Shown: piece after piece, positions 25,451 through 39,884 of the stretch
Numbering within the stretch: position 1 is the first letter of the stretch
How the letters are laid out: the number at the start of each line of letters is the position of its first letter
DNA from: Eledone cirrhosa
Taxonomy: Eukaryota
Assembly: GCA_964016885.1 (NCBI GenBank)
Contig: OZ024750.1
Coordinates: 36,952,001 to 37,016,000 of the forward strand
Direction: 5' to 3'
Length of the DNA stretch: 64,000 nucleotides
Translations under genes and position numbers: made by a program
The notes under the pieces: model-generated
Told to the model about the DNA's origin: nothing
The model's input: only the letters and a program-made list of their open reading frames with translations
Database searches by the model: none

Positions 25451-27729
25451 CCAACCACGTTTACAGTGTGGACTGGGAGGTTTTTACCGTGTTACCTACA
25501 CAACCACATTACAGCGTCGACTGTGTGTGTTTTTTGTCGTGACACCTACACAACCTCATTTATTTAGGACTTGATGTTGAGGTACCAACATAACTTTACA
25601 GAGAAAGGGGTGGTGTAGATGGGGGTGGGGGTAAGGGTAGTGGGAAGGGGGTGTATTTTTGGTTAGGAGGTGCCTACTGACTGTAGGTTTCGCTTTGTAC
25701 TTAGGCAAGGCGGGTCTTCTGTATTACTGCGTAGCGCCAAAGATCTCAGTCCAGTGACATTGTCTTGGGGAGGTGTAAGTGTGTAAGGTCGGAATTTATC
25801 AAATCGTCCCAGGTTTTTCTGGGTCTGCCTACTCCGTAGCTTCCCTCTATTTTGATCGCTCTGCACTTTTTTATACAGCTGTCATCTTTCATGCGCATCA
25901 TGTGACCATACCAACGTAGTCTTCTCTTGAGTAAACAGCATCTGATCCCTCTTATTCCTAATTTCTCACTTAGTTCATTTATGCTTTGCCGTTCACGTAT
26001 TTTACTAATTACACAACCAACGGAGCATGCAAGCTTTGTTCTCTCCAGTCTGCGCAGATCCTCTGTACACAATGCCTATGTCTCATTGCCATGTAACATT
26101 GCTGTTCGTATTCAGGCATCATACAGTCTGCCTTTCATTTTTAAAGAGAAACCTTTAGCGGCCAATAGTGGTATAAGTTCTCTGAACTTTTTCCATCTCA
26201 TTCTGACTCTAGCTACTGTATTTTCAGAGCACCCTCCACCACTGCTGGTTTTGTCCCCCAGGTGACGGAAGGTGTCCACTATTTCTATAGAACCATCTGG
26301 GCAATGGAAGGAGCTACTATCCTGTGGGCACTTGCTACTACTTATTGCACCTGAGCACCGGCCACATATAAAATCTATGTTCTTAGTTAGCTTACCTGTG
26401 ATCCCACTACATCTTTTATGCACCCATACTTGGCATTTGGGACATAAAATGGAGTTTCTGCCTACTTCTTTCCTACACACTGAGCATGGCCATTTCCCAG
26501 AGAGGACGAGTGCCCTATTTTCCTTCCTACATACTAGAACTTTTGTCTTAGACAAGTTAATTTTAAGGCCTTTTGATTCTAGGCCATGCTTCCAAGTTTG
26601 GAATTTCTTCTCTACTTCAGCCATTGATTCAGCTATGAGTATCATCTGCGTATAGAAGTTCCCATGGGCAGCCGGTCTTGAACTCCTCTGTTATAGCCTG
26701 AAGGGCAATAATAAATAGGAGGGGGCTAAGGACAGAGCACTGATGAACACCAACTATTATGCTAAATTCTTCACTATATTCGTTGTTAATTCTAACCTTG
26801 CTGACTGTTTCTTTATACATGGCTTGTATAGCTCTCTTGGGCCATTGATCAACACCTAGTTTTCTAAGAGCCCACCAGATAATGGAGTGGAGGACTCTGT
26901 CAAAGGCTTTTTCCAAGTCAACAAAAGCTAAGTATAGGGGTTTACTTTTAGCTAGGTACTTCTCCTGTAGTTGCCGTACAAGGAAAAGAGCATCTGTGGT
27001 ACTTTTACCTGACACAAACCCGAACTGCATTTCGTCTAGATCAATTCGCTCTCTGATTAGTTGTGCTATAACTTTTTCTGTGATCTTCATGACCTGGTCA
27101 ATTAATTTAATGCCTCTATAGTTTCCCCTATCTAGGGCATCTCCTTTACCCTCGTAGCAGTTAATGATGATGCTGCTATACCAATCGTTTGGTATGCCCC
27201 CATTTTGTATGACTTAGTTTACTATGCGGGTGACCATAGTGTGTCCCACTGATCCAGATGCTTTCAGTATTTCAGCAACTATCTCCGAAGGCCCAGCTGC
27301 TTTGCCTGTCTTCATATCTTTGATTGCCTTACTTATTATACTACCTTCAACTTGAACTGCTGGTCCCTCTATTGGATCGATTTGGGGCAGACTATCTATT
27401 TCCCACTTATTCTCCTCATTTAGTAGCCTCTCATAGTGACACTTCCAAGCTACCTTCTTATCAGTATCAGTGATGGCAAGTATACCATCATCATTAAGGA
27501 CACACTTCTCCCCGACAATATCACGGTTTTCCTTGAACACCTCACGTTTTTGGTCTTCGTGTTGTAGAACATGCTTGAACTTTCTTTCCTCTGCTTCCCT
27601 TCTTGCAAGGTACACTTGTCTTCTAGCTTCCCTCCTGGCCACTTGATAGTGTTCTTTACTTCCCCCCATCCCGCCATACTTTCCAAGCTTGCTTTTTGGC
27701 CTTGATTGACTCCTCCACCTTACTGTTCC

Positions 27730-27730
<1 letters not shown>
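25451..27730 (-). mobile_element. RTE LINE, 5'-truncated and frameshifted (RT domain plus C-terminus)
   Basis: QFGFVSGKSTTDA, AFVDLEKAFDRV, VGVHQ.SVLSPLLF, LLYADD, PHD-like CSVC..CPKC..WVHKRC and RRLRWYGH. The 5' end abuts (TA)n. Confidence 0.95.
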
Positions 27731-27799
<69 letters not shown>

Positions 27800-27813
27800 A
27801 TATATATATATAT

Positions 27814-27858
<45 letters not shown>

Positions 27859-27907
27859 CATATATATATATATATATATACACATACATATATATATATA
27901 TATATAT

Positions 27908-27939
<32 letters not shown>

Positions 27940-27947
27940 ACATACAC

Positions 27948-27978
<31 letters not shown>

Positions 27979-27999
27979 CACATATATATATATATATAT

Positions 28000-28188
28000 A
28001 ACGAAGGAAATGTGGTAAGGATCCAGGTGGACCATAACGCATCAAAGTACTCAATACTTAGGGTAGTAGAGTGGGTAATAGGAACGAGTAGGACCCCGAC
28101 GGCTGAGCACAAGCCGTTTCGACGGCTAATTCTGGACTGAATTAGCCGTCAAAACGGCTTGAGGTCAGCCGTCGGGGTCCTACTCGTT

Positions 28189-28191
<3 letters not shown>
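28000..28191 (-). mobile_element. Penelope-like family B tail with inverted 5' duplication and hammerhead 3' half
   Basis: About 51-bp imperfect arms at 28082-28132 and 28139-28189. GAAACGGCT...AGCCGTC^GGGGTCC motif. (TA)n on both sides. Confidence 0.7.
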
Positions 28192-28227
<36 letters not shown>

Positions 28228-28399
28228 CATTACTACTTCTGTCATATAACCATACCATATTATATTATAAATGCTAAGAAACTTTATTTTTTAACAAACC
28301 TATATGTCATATACTATTTTTTTTATTCTTCATATACAAAAAATCCTACAAGATCTTTTATTTAAGTCGTATTTTCTGTGAATAGAATATATATATATA

Positions 28400-28790
28400 T
28401 CATTGTAAAATGGTAGTGGTGGTACTATGAAAAAAAAGGCACTCAGTTCACCCTGTAAATTGGTAGTACTGGTGCCACAAAATAGCACTCAGTCCACTGT
28501 GTAAATTGGTAGTAGTGCTGATGCCATGAAAAAAAGTACCAAGTCCACCCTGTAAAGTGGTAGTGCTGGTGTCATGAAAAAAAAAAGTACCCAGTCCACT
28601 CTATAAAATGTTAGTGCAGGTGCCACAAAAAAGCACCCAGTCAACCCTGTAAAGTGGTAGTGATAGTGCTATGAAAACAAAATACCTAATTCACCCAAGA
28701 AGGTGGTTGTGGTGGTACTATGAAAAAAGCACTCAGTCCATCCTGTAAAGTGGTAGTGTTATTGCCACATATAAAGCACCCACCCCACCC
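28400..28790. repeat. Degenerate ~44-bp tandem repeat derived from the S2/RTE tail
   Basis: Unit about CACCCAGTCCACCCTGTAAAGTGGTAGTGCTGGTGCCATGAAAAAAG. Relatives at 58940-59170 and 63730-63880. Confidence 0.75.
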
Positions 28791-28819
28791 TTATTATATG
28801 TAACAACATACTATATATA

Positions 28820-28976
28820 ACTGTTTCTACTTTTTGGCACAAGGCCAGCAATTATCCCAGTACATTACTGGTGCTTTATTTTATCGACCCCGTAAGGATG
28901 AAAGGCAAAGTTAACCTCGGCGGGATTTGAGCTCAGATCGTAAAGGGACGTAACTATGCTGCCAATTCACCGCCCT
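28820..28976 (-). mobile_element. SINE S1, internally deleted
   Basis: S1 consensus. The flank AACATACTATATATAAC is duplicated as a TSD. Confidence 0.85.
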
Positions 28977-29293
28977 ATAACATACTATATATAACAATAT
29001 TCTATATGTAACAACATCCTTCAAAACTTCCATGCTTCCCGAAATTCGCCTGAAATGGGAATACAAATGGAATAAAACAAGTTTCATGAAAATCGAAGCA
29101 TGGGTTCCCAAGATATGGGGTTTTCTGGGTACCTTCATAAACAGAGAGAAAGAGAGAGGGAGAGAAAGAGATAGTGGTTGTGAGGAAGTAGATTGAAAGA
29201 GAGACATAGAGAGAGAGGAGACAGAGACGGAGAATGGAAGAGAGAGAGAGCTGGTGGTGGTGTTGTGTATATATATATATGTGAGTGTGTGTG

Positions 29294-29324
<31 letters not shown>

Positions 29325-29702
29325 CTATGACCAGTGTATATATATCACAGACACCCACATATATATATACACACACACACACATATATATGTATACAAAC
29401 ACACACATTTATATATATACATACACACACACATCATCATCTTCGTTTAACGTCCATCTTCCACGCTAGCATGGGTTAGACGGCAGTTGTCCCACTTGAG
29501 GCAAGGTTGGTCAGGATGGGACTTCCAGTATCATTTCATATTATATACACATCTGTGTATATTTTAATTATTTAAAAATTATTTTTAAATGAATATGATT
29601 TTTTAAAAATATTTTGAAGCGAATGTGACCCAATGGGTCACAGGTGGTCTAGTATACTACTAAAACTCTGATTGCTTGCTTGCAGGTGGTCTCGCATATA
29701 CT

Positions 29703-29880
29703 ATCATCATCATCATCATTTCATTTTACGTCCACTTTTTCCCTGCTTGCAAGGGTGGGACGGGAACTGATTCTGGCTTGATTTCTACAGCTGGATGCCC
29801 TTCCTAACACCAACCTCATTTACAGTGAGTGCTGGGTGCTTTTTTTCCGTGGCACCTACATGTCCACTTTACAGTGAGTG
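29703..29880 (-). mobile_element. SINE S2 3' fragment
   Basis: (CAT)n-TTTTACGTCC...CCCTGCTTGCAAGGGTGGGA. Confidence 0.85.
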
Positions 29881-30404
29881 CTATATGTAACAATATTCTA
29901 TATCTAACATTGGTCTGACAATCTAGAATCAGAATCTGAAAAAAACCTTCCTTTAAAGAAAAACTTCATAATTTTTTTCTTCCTCACAATTTCTTATCCT
30001 ATTTCTCACCAACCATCTATCATTAATCTAGATTTAATTGAAGTCTCTTCTAATTAAAATGTTATTGCTTATCTTATTCTCTCTCTCTATCTCTCTCTCT
30101 CTCATATATACACACATGCATATACATACTCTCTCACACACACACACACTCTCTTTCTCTTACAGGTACACATACACACACTCTCTCTCCCTCTTACAGG
30201 TATATACACTCTCTCACTCTCATTTCTCACCTTCACTCTCTCTCTCTCTCTTACAGGTACACATACACACACACTCTCTCTCTCTTACAGTTACACACAC
30301 TCTCTCTCTTTCCCTTTCATTTCTCACCTTCACTGTGTCTCCTCTACCTAAATCTATAAAACTTCTAGGTTTACCTTTGTCTTTTATTCTATTTCCCCTC
30401 TCCT

Positions 30405-31325
30405 TTTTTCCCCATCAACACTACATGTTTGTTGTTTTCCCCATCAACACTACATGTGTGTTGTTTCTCCCATCAATGCTACATGTTAGTTTGTTTTTGT
30501 GTTGTATTTTTCCCTACATCAATGTTACATGTTTGTTGTTTTCCCCATCACCACTACATGTTTATTGTTTCTCCCATCAATGCTACATGTTAGTTTGTTT
30601 TTGTGTTGTATTTTTCCCTACATCAACACTACATGTTTGTTGTTTTTCCCCATCAACACTACATGTTTGTTGTTTTTCCCCATCAACACTACATGTTTGT
30701 TGTTTCTCCCATCAATGCTACATGTTAGTTTGCTTTTCTGTTGTATTTTTCCCTACACCAACACTACATGTTTGTTGTTTTCCCTACATCAATGTTACAT
30801 GTTTGTTGTTTTCCCCATCAACACTACATGTTTGTTGTTTCTCCCATCAATGCTACATGTTAGTTTGTTTTTGTGTTGTATTTTTCCTACATCAACACTA
30901 CATGTTTGTTGTTTTTCCCCATCAACACTACATGTTTGTTGTTTCTCCCATCAATGCTACATGTTAGTTTGTTTTTGTGTTGTATTTTTCCCTACATCTA
31001 TGTTACATGTTTGTTGTTTTCCCCATCACCAGTACATGTGTGTTGTTTCTCCCATCAATGCTACATGTTAGTTTGCTTGTGTTGTATTTTTCCCTAAATC
31101 AATGTTACATGTTTGTTGTTTTCCCCATCACCACTACATGTTTGTTGTTTCTCCCATCAATGCTACATGTTAGTTTGTTTTTGTGTTGTATTTTTCCCTA
31201 CATCAACACTACATATTTGTTGTTTTCCCCATCACCACTACATGTTTGTTGTTTCCCCCATCAATGCTACATGTTAGTTTGCTTTTGTTTTGTATTTTTC
31301 CCTACATCAATGTTACATGTTTGTT
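30405..31325. repeat. Compound minisatellite of ~30-bp subunits in ~104/135-bp higher-order units
   Basis: Subunit TTTTCCCCATCAACACTACATGTTTGTTG. The marker CATCAATGCTACATGTTAG recurs at ~104 or ~135 bp spacing. Confidence 0.9.
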
Positions 31326-32159
31326 TGTGTTTGAAGAGATTGATATATTTCGTGAAAATTTTTCAAACAAGTCTTTTACAGCACAAATAATTTCCTATTT
31401 TCAGTCTTGAAGCAACTTAAAGTTTATTTGAACTTTTATATCTTTGCATCTTGAAGATAAATGGCATTTAATGTAAGTTTGTTGAATATTACAAATAGTC
31501 TGTTTTTAGTTAATTAACGTTCTAACCAACTAAATTTGTTGAATCATGAATGTTTTTCATCAAAATTTATTTTTGTTTTCTTGAAAATATTTTATTGTAG
31601 TATACAATAAATTATGTTTTCAAGGAAACTACATCAAATTTCTTTGTAAAGTTGCCAAACTTTTAAAATGTTACATTTTATTTGAAGTGTTATTATTAAA
31701 GAAGGTGAAATCTGTGTGATAGGAACACTTAATATTTTAATTAATATCTACAATTTGTCTTTATCTCATATATACATATATACATATATATATACACATA
31801 CATATAAATATATATATTTATTCTTATATATATATATATATTTATTCTTATATATATATATATTTACACTTATATATATATATTTATTTATTTATTCTTA
31901 TATATATATATATATATATATATTTATTCTTATATGAGACACTGGTTGAAAATAGGGATACATGATTCTTCAAAATTTTAATTCACCAAAAGATACAACT
32001 TGATAGAGTGGATTTTTATAATTTTGAAGTCTGCCAAACGTAGCAAGATTTTTTTCCAACCATGCTAAAGTTTATTTTAATGGTTCTTATACTTCAAAGA
32101 AATAAATCTCTCTAGAAAGACATAAATTCAATAGCTCACTCACACATATAGCGCACATG

Positions 32160-32194
<35 letters not shown>

Positions 32195-32542
32195 TAAATA
32201 CATACGCAACTTCATATATAGTTGGTTGATTGTGAAAATAGATATTTGTAAAAATGCCATAAATCCTACTAAATGACACAGGCACATATTCATTTACACA
32301 TATACATAAATATATACAAATATACATAGTTACATACACACATAAATATATACACACGTAGACACTTACATACACACATACATACTTACATACATATACA
32401 TAAATGTATACAAATATACATACATACTTACACACACACATAATTATATACAAATATACCGTCTGACCTTTGCTATCAGGGAAAGTAAGCATTAAAATGA
32501 CAATGATGATGAGGATATATACATACATATAAACATACATAC

Positions 32543-32838
32543 TTGGAGCAATGTGAAATAAAGTGTCTTGATGTGTTGTTTCCTTGAGCAAGACACTTTA
32601 TTTCACATTGCTCCAGTTTACTCAGCTGTAGAAATGAGATGATAGGGACTGGGGTCCCTATCATTCCACTGCAAAGTGGTCGTGGAGGTGCCACGGCAAA
32701 AAAGCACCCAGCACTCACTGTAAATGAGGTTGGTGTTAGGAAGGGCATCCAGCTGTAGAAATCAAGCCAGAATCAGTTCCCGTCCCACCCTTGCAAGCAG
32801 GGAAAAGCGGACGTAAAATGAAATGATGATGATGATGA
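32543..32838 (+). mobile_element. SINE S2 with a short inverted 5' segment
   Basis: TGGAGCAATGTGAAATAAAGTGTCTTG is the reverse complement of the CORE segment just downstream, resembling twin priming. Confidence 0.85.
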
Positions 32839-33142
32839 CTTACATATATACATACATAAATATATACACGCATGCATAGATATTTAATAGAAATGTTTAT
32901 TTTAGTGTGTCAGTTGTGTTGTTGATATGTTGGTTTTGATTGAAGTGAGGGGGTGGGGTTAATTTACTCAACAGATTAGTGTTGAGTGAATAGGGCAGTG
33001 AAGAAATAAGACTGTTAATTATATATTTATTTTTAACCATGGAATACTATGAATCCATGTAACAAATAATAACTCATCTGAAATATGGAACATTTCAAAA
33101 TAACAACAAGCATGTTTGTACTTTGCACTTATAAGATGTAAA

Positions 33143-33331
33143 ATAATTGTTTCTACTTTAGGCACAAGGCCAGCAATTACCCAGTGCATTACTGGTACTT
33201 TATTTTATCGACCCCGTAAGGATGAAAGGCAAAGTCAACCTCGGCGGGATTTGAACTCAGATCGTAAAGGGACGTAACTATGCTGGAAAGCATGGCGTCC
33301 GACCCTCTACCGATACTGCCAATCCACCGCC
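33143..33331 (-). mobile_element. SINE S1 with TSD
   Basis: TATAAGATGTAAAATAAT is present on both flanks. Confidence 0.92.
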
Positions 33332-33510
33332 TATAAGATGTAAAATAATGACAGATTGAATGTGTGTGTAAAGAAATTAGAGAGAGTAAGAAATATGGCG
33401 ATGTTATCTTGTATAGTACTAACTTGCTATTAGCTGTCACTGTTAATCAAAAGAGTGAATTTTCTGGGTACACTCTTTTACCAGAAGTAGCCAAATACAT
33501 ACGATATGAA

Positions 33511-33697
33511 AATAATTGTTTCTACTTTAGGCACAAGGCCAGAAAATACCCAGTACATTACTGGTACTTTATTTTATCGACCCCGTAAGGATGAAAGGCA
33601 AAGTTAACCTCTGCGGGATTTGAACTCAGACTGTAAAGGGACGTAACTATGCTAGAAAGCATGGCGTCCGACCCTCTACCGATACTGCCAATCCACC
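33511..33697 (-). mobile_element. SINE S1 with TSD
   Basis: CGATATGAAAATAAT is present on both flanks. Confidence 0.92.
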
Positions 33698-33949
33698 GAT
33701 ATGAAAATAATGATGGCAGTTTCATAAAATAACAATAGCATGGCATGATTTCACTACACACACACATATGCACTCACACGCATACATGCATGTATACATA
33801 CATGATGGCTACCTCCTCGTTATTGAGTATGGCCATTGCACAAAAAAAAATTAAATTAAATTAAATTAAATAAATAATATATATATATACATACACATAC
33901 ATACACATATATGTATACACACACATATATATTAACAATTAATGGTGCT

Positions 33950-34850
33950 GCGATCAAATGTGGCTTTTTAGCCCAGCCAATGATCTAAAATATCTTGCAC
34001 ATAGTTGACATCTAAAACATTCACTGGGAATAGCCGGCTGTTGTTGGACTTCATGTACTTTTGCATGTCGTTTGAGCCCTCCTGCTGATCTACACTCTCT
34101 TCCACATGCTTGACAGGTATGATGAGTAGCATCTCCAACAGCAGCCTGAAGCAAATTTTTCCACACTCAGGACACTTCAATTCAATGGAAACACCAATTG
34201 TTTCGAGAGATACACCAGGGCATTGCTTACACACATCTCATTTGATCTTCTCATGCTCTATGCATCTGACCTCAAAATTATGGACTCCATCCTTCACCAT
34301 TCCCCGCCAAGTTTCTCTTTCAAGAGCTTCTATCCCCCAATCAGCCACCATCAAACCAGTTTTTTTCAATGAGTCCTTTACACAATCCTTGAATCGGAGC
34401 CTCGGCTTGTTGAGGTGGTCTCTTACCCTTACAAAGCTCGCTATACAAAAGTTGTTTTGGGATTCGATCATCCTCCATTCTGCAGAGGTGTCTGGTCCAT
34501 CGCAAATGCTGTTGGTGGATGATACTCTCAATGCTCCGACACTTACTTCTCTCAAGGACCTCAACATCACTCACATGCAACTGCCACTTGATACCGAGCA
34601 ACTTTCTGAGACACTGCTGGTGAAATCGTTCCAGTCTTTGGATGTGCCATTTGTAGGCAACCCATGTCTCACATGCATACAGCAAAGCTGACAGTACACA
34701 TACAGCATACACTCTTGCCTTGGTCTGAGGAAGGAACCCTGCAAGGTAGGGTCGCTGTTGCAGTGAGTGTTGCTGACCATTGTCCAAGGAAATGCCTTTG
34801 CAGTTTTGTCTGCTGAGCTCAGCCTAAACAACATCCTGCGCCAGGCATAG
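33950..34850 (-). mobile_element. RTE-BovB-like LINE 3' fragment with C-terminal C2H2 zinc fingers
   Basis: TKARVYAVCVLSALLYACETW, RLERFHQQCLRKLLGIKWQ, LRWTRHLCRMEDDRIPKQLLYSEL, then CQACGRECRSAGGLKRH and CQLCARYFRSLAGLKSH. Confidence 0.88.
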
Positions 34851-37031
34851 AGCCTATCATCCCCCCCACCCCTTTCTTCCTCCTTTTCTTCTGTGGCCTC
34901 ATAGTCCTTGTTTTTCCTCTCATTTATGCCATTTATAGCCCTTTCCCCTACTTTCCTATACAGTCAGATCTGCCCTTTACCCCTCCCCCCTCTGTTCATT
35001 GCTAGGTTTTGTTTTTATCCATTTTTTTCTTATTTTTTTGTTTGGTTTTCTTTCATATTTCCATCAATATTTGTAATGTTATTTATACAAGTAGGAATTG
35101 ATTTATAAAAGATTAAATATCTTATTGATAAACATATCTATATGTATGTAAAGACCTGTAACTTCTGAGGGGGTTGGAAGGGTGCTGTCATCAGTTATGT
35201 TTTTGACATTTTAAATTTGGTGGAGTCCATCCCCCTCTTCAGGTCCTAACACCACTAATTTCTTACAGAGAAAGAGTGAGAGAGAGTAACTGAGAAGGAG
35301 TGATAGAGAGTGATAGGGAGAGGAAGTGAGAAAGAGATACAGAAGAAGAATCTCGATATCAGTATTGAACTGGTATTTTTTTATCAACCTTGAAAGGATG
35401 AAAAGCAAAGTTGATTTCAGCAGGGTTTGCAAAAAGCCAGAACAAATACTTGCAAAGCTTTCTATCCAACGTTCTAACGACTCTGCCAATTCCCCACCTT
35501 CCAATAAACATATTTAGTTTGTAGAAATATATATGAGAAATATTTAAAGTTATTTTGATGGAGCCAAAAGTATAGTGAATAGCCTTCTATAGCAATGTTG
35601 TCTGAAAGTGATGTATGATTGGAGGTCAACAAGAGAATATATTCTGTTGTTAATGAAACATTTGTTGATTTCTTCTTTAAACTGCTGTCGGTCATGAAAT
35701 GACAAGCTGATTACATGTGAAATGAGAGGAGTAGTGGGAATATAAGCTTTGCATAGAGTGAAAAATCAATGAAATCAGTAATGTAGCTATTAGCGTCTCT
35801 ATTTTCCACTGATGAAGAACTGTACAACACTCATTCTGTTTTAAGAATACTAGCAGTGTATCCCGGCATTGCACGGGTAAGAACATTGGTAATAGCACCT
35901 CCAATGAGAAATGTTTATTTGTGAGTGCCTGTTAAAAACTCACGAAAATATACCGACAGGAAACTTGTTTTATTTGGAGAAAATTAAGAAGTTGAAAGTA
36001 CAGTTTAGCTGTCTATGTGCATTGTTCATAGAAATATTGTTGAGCCCCTTCTTTTCATACTCATTCTGCGGCAGTTGTCCCCCGGTGTTTCCACTCTGTT
36101 TTGGCCAATTGGAGTAAATGTGAAAGAGAAAGTCACAGGTTAAGTTGGCAGAAGGTTCCAGTGTCATAGCACTCAAAAGTCCATTCGCACTCTTTCCACT
36201 AAGTTACTTTTTCTCTCTATCCCTGTTGGTGCAGTCCCTTGCGAATTTCTCGCGTAGGCCTGGTGTAGATTTGCTCCTGATCCATCTGCCCGATGCACAT
36301 GTCCGCTTTCTACGGCTTTTGGAAGGAGTGATGCGCAGTACGTTGTTCGGTATTATTATGAAAAGGTGTCGCAGAGAATCCCGCGTGAACTAACAACTCA
36401 GGAGGAAACTGCTTACCTTGAAGATTCATTCGCCATCGTTCTTATCAACGCTCCATTTAGTTGGTATTTGTTGGATGAATGGCACACAAAGGGTTAATGT
36501 TTATTGGCAAGAAGTTTTTTGATTAATAAAAGACGGGTTAAAGCAACCTACAATGTATCATTCTGCGTTGATGTTAGCAGTTTTTGTTATTGTCAATGGG
36601 TTTTCTGGATGGCAAATTCGAAACCCAATCTGTTTCTCCCTCAATAAACTGACTACTATGAAGACCATTCCATGTTGGCCTGCAGATGGAAATGCAGAAC
36701 GCAAAGGTGAAAGTTCAGTGGTAATGGGAGTCCTATGCAGCAGCAGTAACATTGACATTGCTTACAACATGTCAATCTGTGGAGGATATAGCAGTGGCCG
36801 TTTGATGTAGTGGAAAACTGTGCACGGTTTCATCCGAGCTCTTTCTGTTTATTCCTTCTGCCTGTGGTTGTTTCCGAATTCCTGACTTATACTTGATTGA
36901 AGGAAGGATGGTAATATGAAGGTGTAAATTCGAAATTGTATAGGGGCAGTAGTATAAAATCTTACCTTGATTTAGTCTGTTTGAGCACATGGCATCTTGG
37001 CATAAAACCTCTTTGTTTTCCCTCGTGAAGT

Positions 37032-39831
37032 TTACACGAAAAGACTTCCTTTGCTCCCCACTCTGGAGCAGCCTATGTATAGTTGACTGTGAGAAACATG
37101 ATTCTTCCAAGTGAAGTCCTGCCTCTGGGACTTGTTGATAGACATGACAAAACTTATGCGAAGCAGGAATTGAAGGCGTCTGAAGGTAAACGGAATTTCT
37201 GCACCTGATGGAATTAGTGGTATTCTGGGAACGAACACATCCTCTCCTTTTCCACACCTGGAAATAATGGTGGCTTCAACGACGTGCTGCATTACCTTCT
37301 TTATAACCAGACGTGTGCCGTTGCAAAGTTTTGGAGGGTCCAAATTCCTAAGAAGCATTATTGGAGTTCCAAATCTATGAGTAGGCAGTCCAGGAGGTTC
37401 TAGCGAATTGAGGAATTCAACAGGGTAGTTTACCGCTTGGTCTTGGTCGGGGACTGTATCGACGGACTTGTAAATATGCAGCCTTCCAGGAAGAGATTGC
37501 AACAGTTGCTCGTTGATAGCGTTCACTGTGCTGTTTTTTGGAGCTAAAATAGCTCTTTCGCATAACCAATTCATGTCTTGGTAGTTATCAGGAAGACTGG
37601 GAAACACTTGAGCCTTGAGGTCCTTGACTCTGTTGACAGTGGTACAAATTGGACTGAGTGACAATTCGCTATCTCCATCGAGGGTGATCTTACCATCGCC
37701 AAGTGACAAAATATCCGAAGCAAACTCTGCTGGTAGTTGGTCGCCATGCAGTTGGGCTCTCATGTTAGATGTCAGGGTCAACGTTGTTACCTTTTGCCAC
37801 AACAGAGACCACTTGAGGCACGCCTGGACTTCATCTGCCCTGGTTCCCTTGGGAATAACGGGAAGGGTCTGTCGGAAGACGCCGGATAGGAGAAGGGTGA
37901 CATCTCCCATCGCAGTCTGGCAGTCTCTGATGTCTTGCAAAGTAGTATCTAGTGCTTCCAGAGCTCATTTATGCCATGGTACATTCATCCCACACTATGA
38001 GCTGACACCTTCGTAGAACCAGTCCCTTGTTCGAAGTTTTGCTAATGTTGCAGGACGGTGTTTCGGATGTTGCTTAGTTCAGGGGGAGCTTAAAGGCTGA
38101 GTGCGCTGTCCTACCGCCGGGTAACAAAGTTGCAGCAATACCAGAGGATGCCACAGCTAACGCGATGTCCTTGTGCTGCATCATTTTGGCTAGAAGAAGC
38201 TTAGTTTCAAACGTTTTTCCAGTCCCTCCAGGTGTATCTAGGAGGAAGATTCCCTCTTTCCAGTTTCGCACATGGTTGAAAATAGTGTTGTAGGCCCGCT
38301 GCTGTCCTGGAAGGAGATTTGGCTCTGTTTCACGGACATATTGGGCAAAAGTGTAAATATCATAGGCTGTTTCGCGAATGAGCTATGTCGGAAGGTTATC
38401 CGTCCCTGTCCGTTGCGGCAGCCCGTATGTTGGCAAAGTATTCCCACCCAGTGAAACAGTCCTGTTTTCCACATCAATCAAAGCACAATTGTAGACGTCG
38501 TCACTGGCAGCATCAAGGCTAGGATACCACAATTGTGCTTGGTGGTAAAAGTCTTCCACCAGGGTATCTCTATACTTCAACCACAGAGAGACAGGATCTG
38601 AGACTTCGCAAATGTGCAGAAGCACTGCAAAGAGAGCCCTGAGACTTTTCGGCGATTCCTCAGATGGCCGTTTGTCAGCATTAATGACAACATTAAAATT
38701 AGGGAGTGATGCTGTTTCTAACGCATACTTAAAAGTCTGCACATAACCGTCTTTTGCATGTAACATCTCTTGGAGTTGCAATGTCAGCTCAAAATTAGTG
38801 CTGGGTGATATAGTGTTTTGTCTTGTCGCTTGCTCTTGGTAGCTGCCAACGAAGTACAGTTGAAGAAACTGATGCTCTTGGTTCACAACGGGCTGAAGTG
38901 GCCCTATCCTATGGTAAACCTGCCCCTGGACTTTAAACGTAGGCATAAACCCAGCTTCCCTGACGATATTCACCCCAAAAGAAGTCATTTGAAAGGCACA
39001 GTTGTACTTTCTGGTATTACTTAGGAAATGCTTTGATTCTGGGGTTGTGCCTGTAAGAAGCAGCTGCAATGGCTGGGGTGGATCCTCTAGAGCGGGTAAT
39101 TTGACCTTTCCACTTGCGCAACACATGCCAGCTGCTTCTCTTGACCACTTATTCACAGAGCAAAATTTGCAAGTATCTCACATACTGGAAATTGACATGT
39201 CTGGATGGTTAGCATAATCGCTGTTGGGCCTATATTCAAATGCTTCTAGTAGCCATCTTGAACTACATGGCCTTGAAACACCCTGCCGAGTAGTTCTACG
39301 CTGGGCGATACTCTCCAGGCGATCCCGTCGGGTGTCGGCGGTCTCAGCAGCTTGGACAGCAGCAGTTGATGCAGTATCTCTTGCCTGACGCAAAGCACGC
39401 TGTTCACTCTCAGCAGCATGGGTGGCAGCAATTGATGCAGCATTTTTTGTTTGATGTAGAGCACGCTGTTCTGCAGTCTCAGCAGCTCGGGTGGCAGCAA
39501 TTGATGCAGCATTTTTTGTTAGATGTAGGGCACGCTGTTCTGCAGTCTCAGCAGCTCAGGCAGCGGCTATTAATGCAGCATTTTGTGCTTTTCGCATGAC
39601 ACACTGGTCGTCATTCTCAGCAGACCGGACGTCTGTTTCTGATAAATCATTTGTTGGCGGTCTAAGGTCATGCTGTCCGTCACTCTCAGCAGTTTGGGCA
39701 GTGGGTGTTGATGCATCGTTTTGCAATGGGCTAATAGCAGCTTCTGGGGACTGTTCATTTTCTCTCCTTCTTTGCAGTCTTTTTGAAAAGGGCGTTTTTC
39801 TTCTGAAGCAAACTCTCTTCTTTGGGGGCAT
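37032..39831 (-). pseudogene. Helitron RepHel pseudogene
   Basis: Start MPPKKR. N-domain CCASGKV, FQMTSFG, FKVQGQVYHRIG and FLQLYF. Walker A PGGTGKT, ASSGIAATLLPGGRTAHS, RAILAPKN, LRNLDPPKLCNGTRL and SINKSQ. Confidence 0.9.
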
Positions 39832-39884
39832 AGCCTAGGATATATTAAACAACAACGTATAACTTGTGGATGCAGAAAACCAGG

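Noticed and set aside
33954-34166. Host C2H2 zinc-finger gene
   Set aside because: Contiguous with an RTE-BovB-like ORF end and frameshifted, so it belongs to the retroelement.
37032-37940. Host PIF1 helicase gene
   Set aside because: Intronless, frameshifted and inside Helitron termini.
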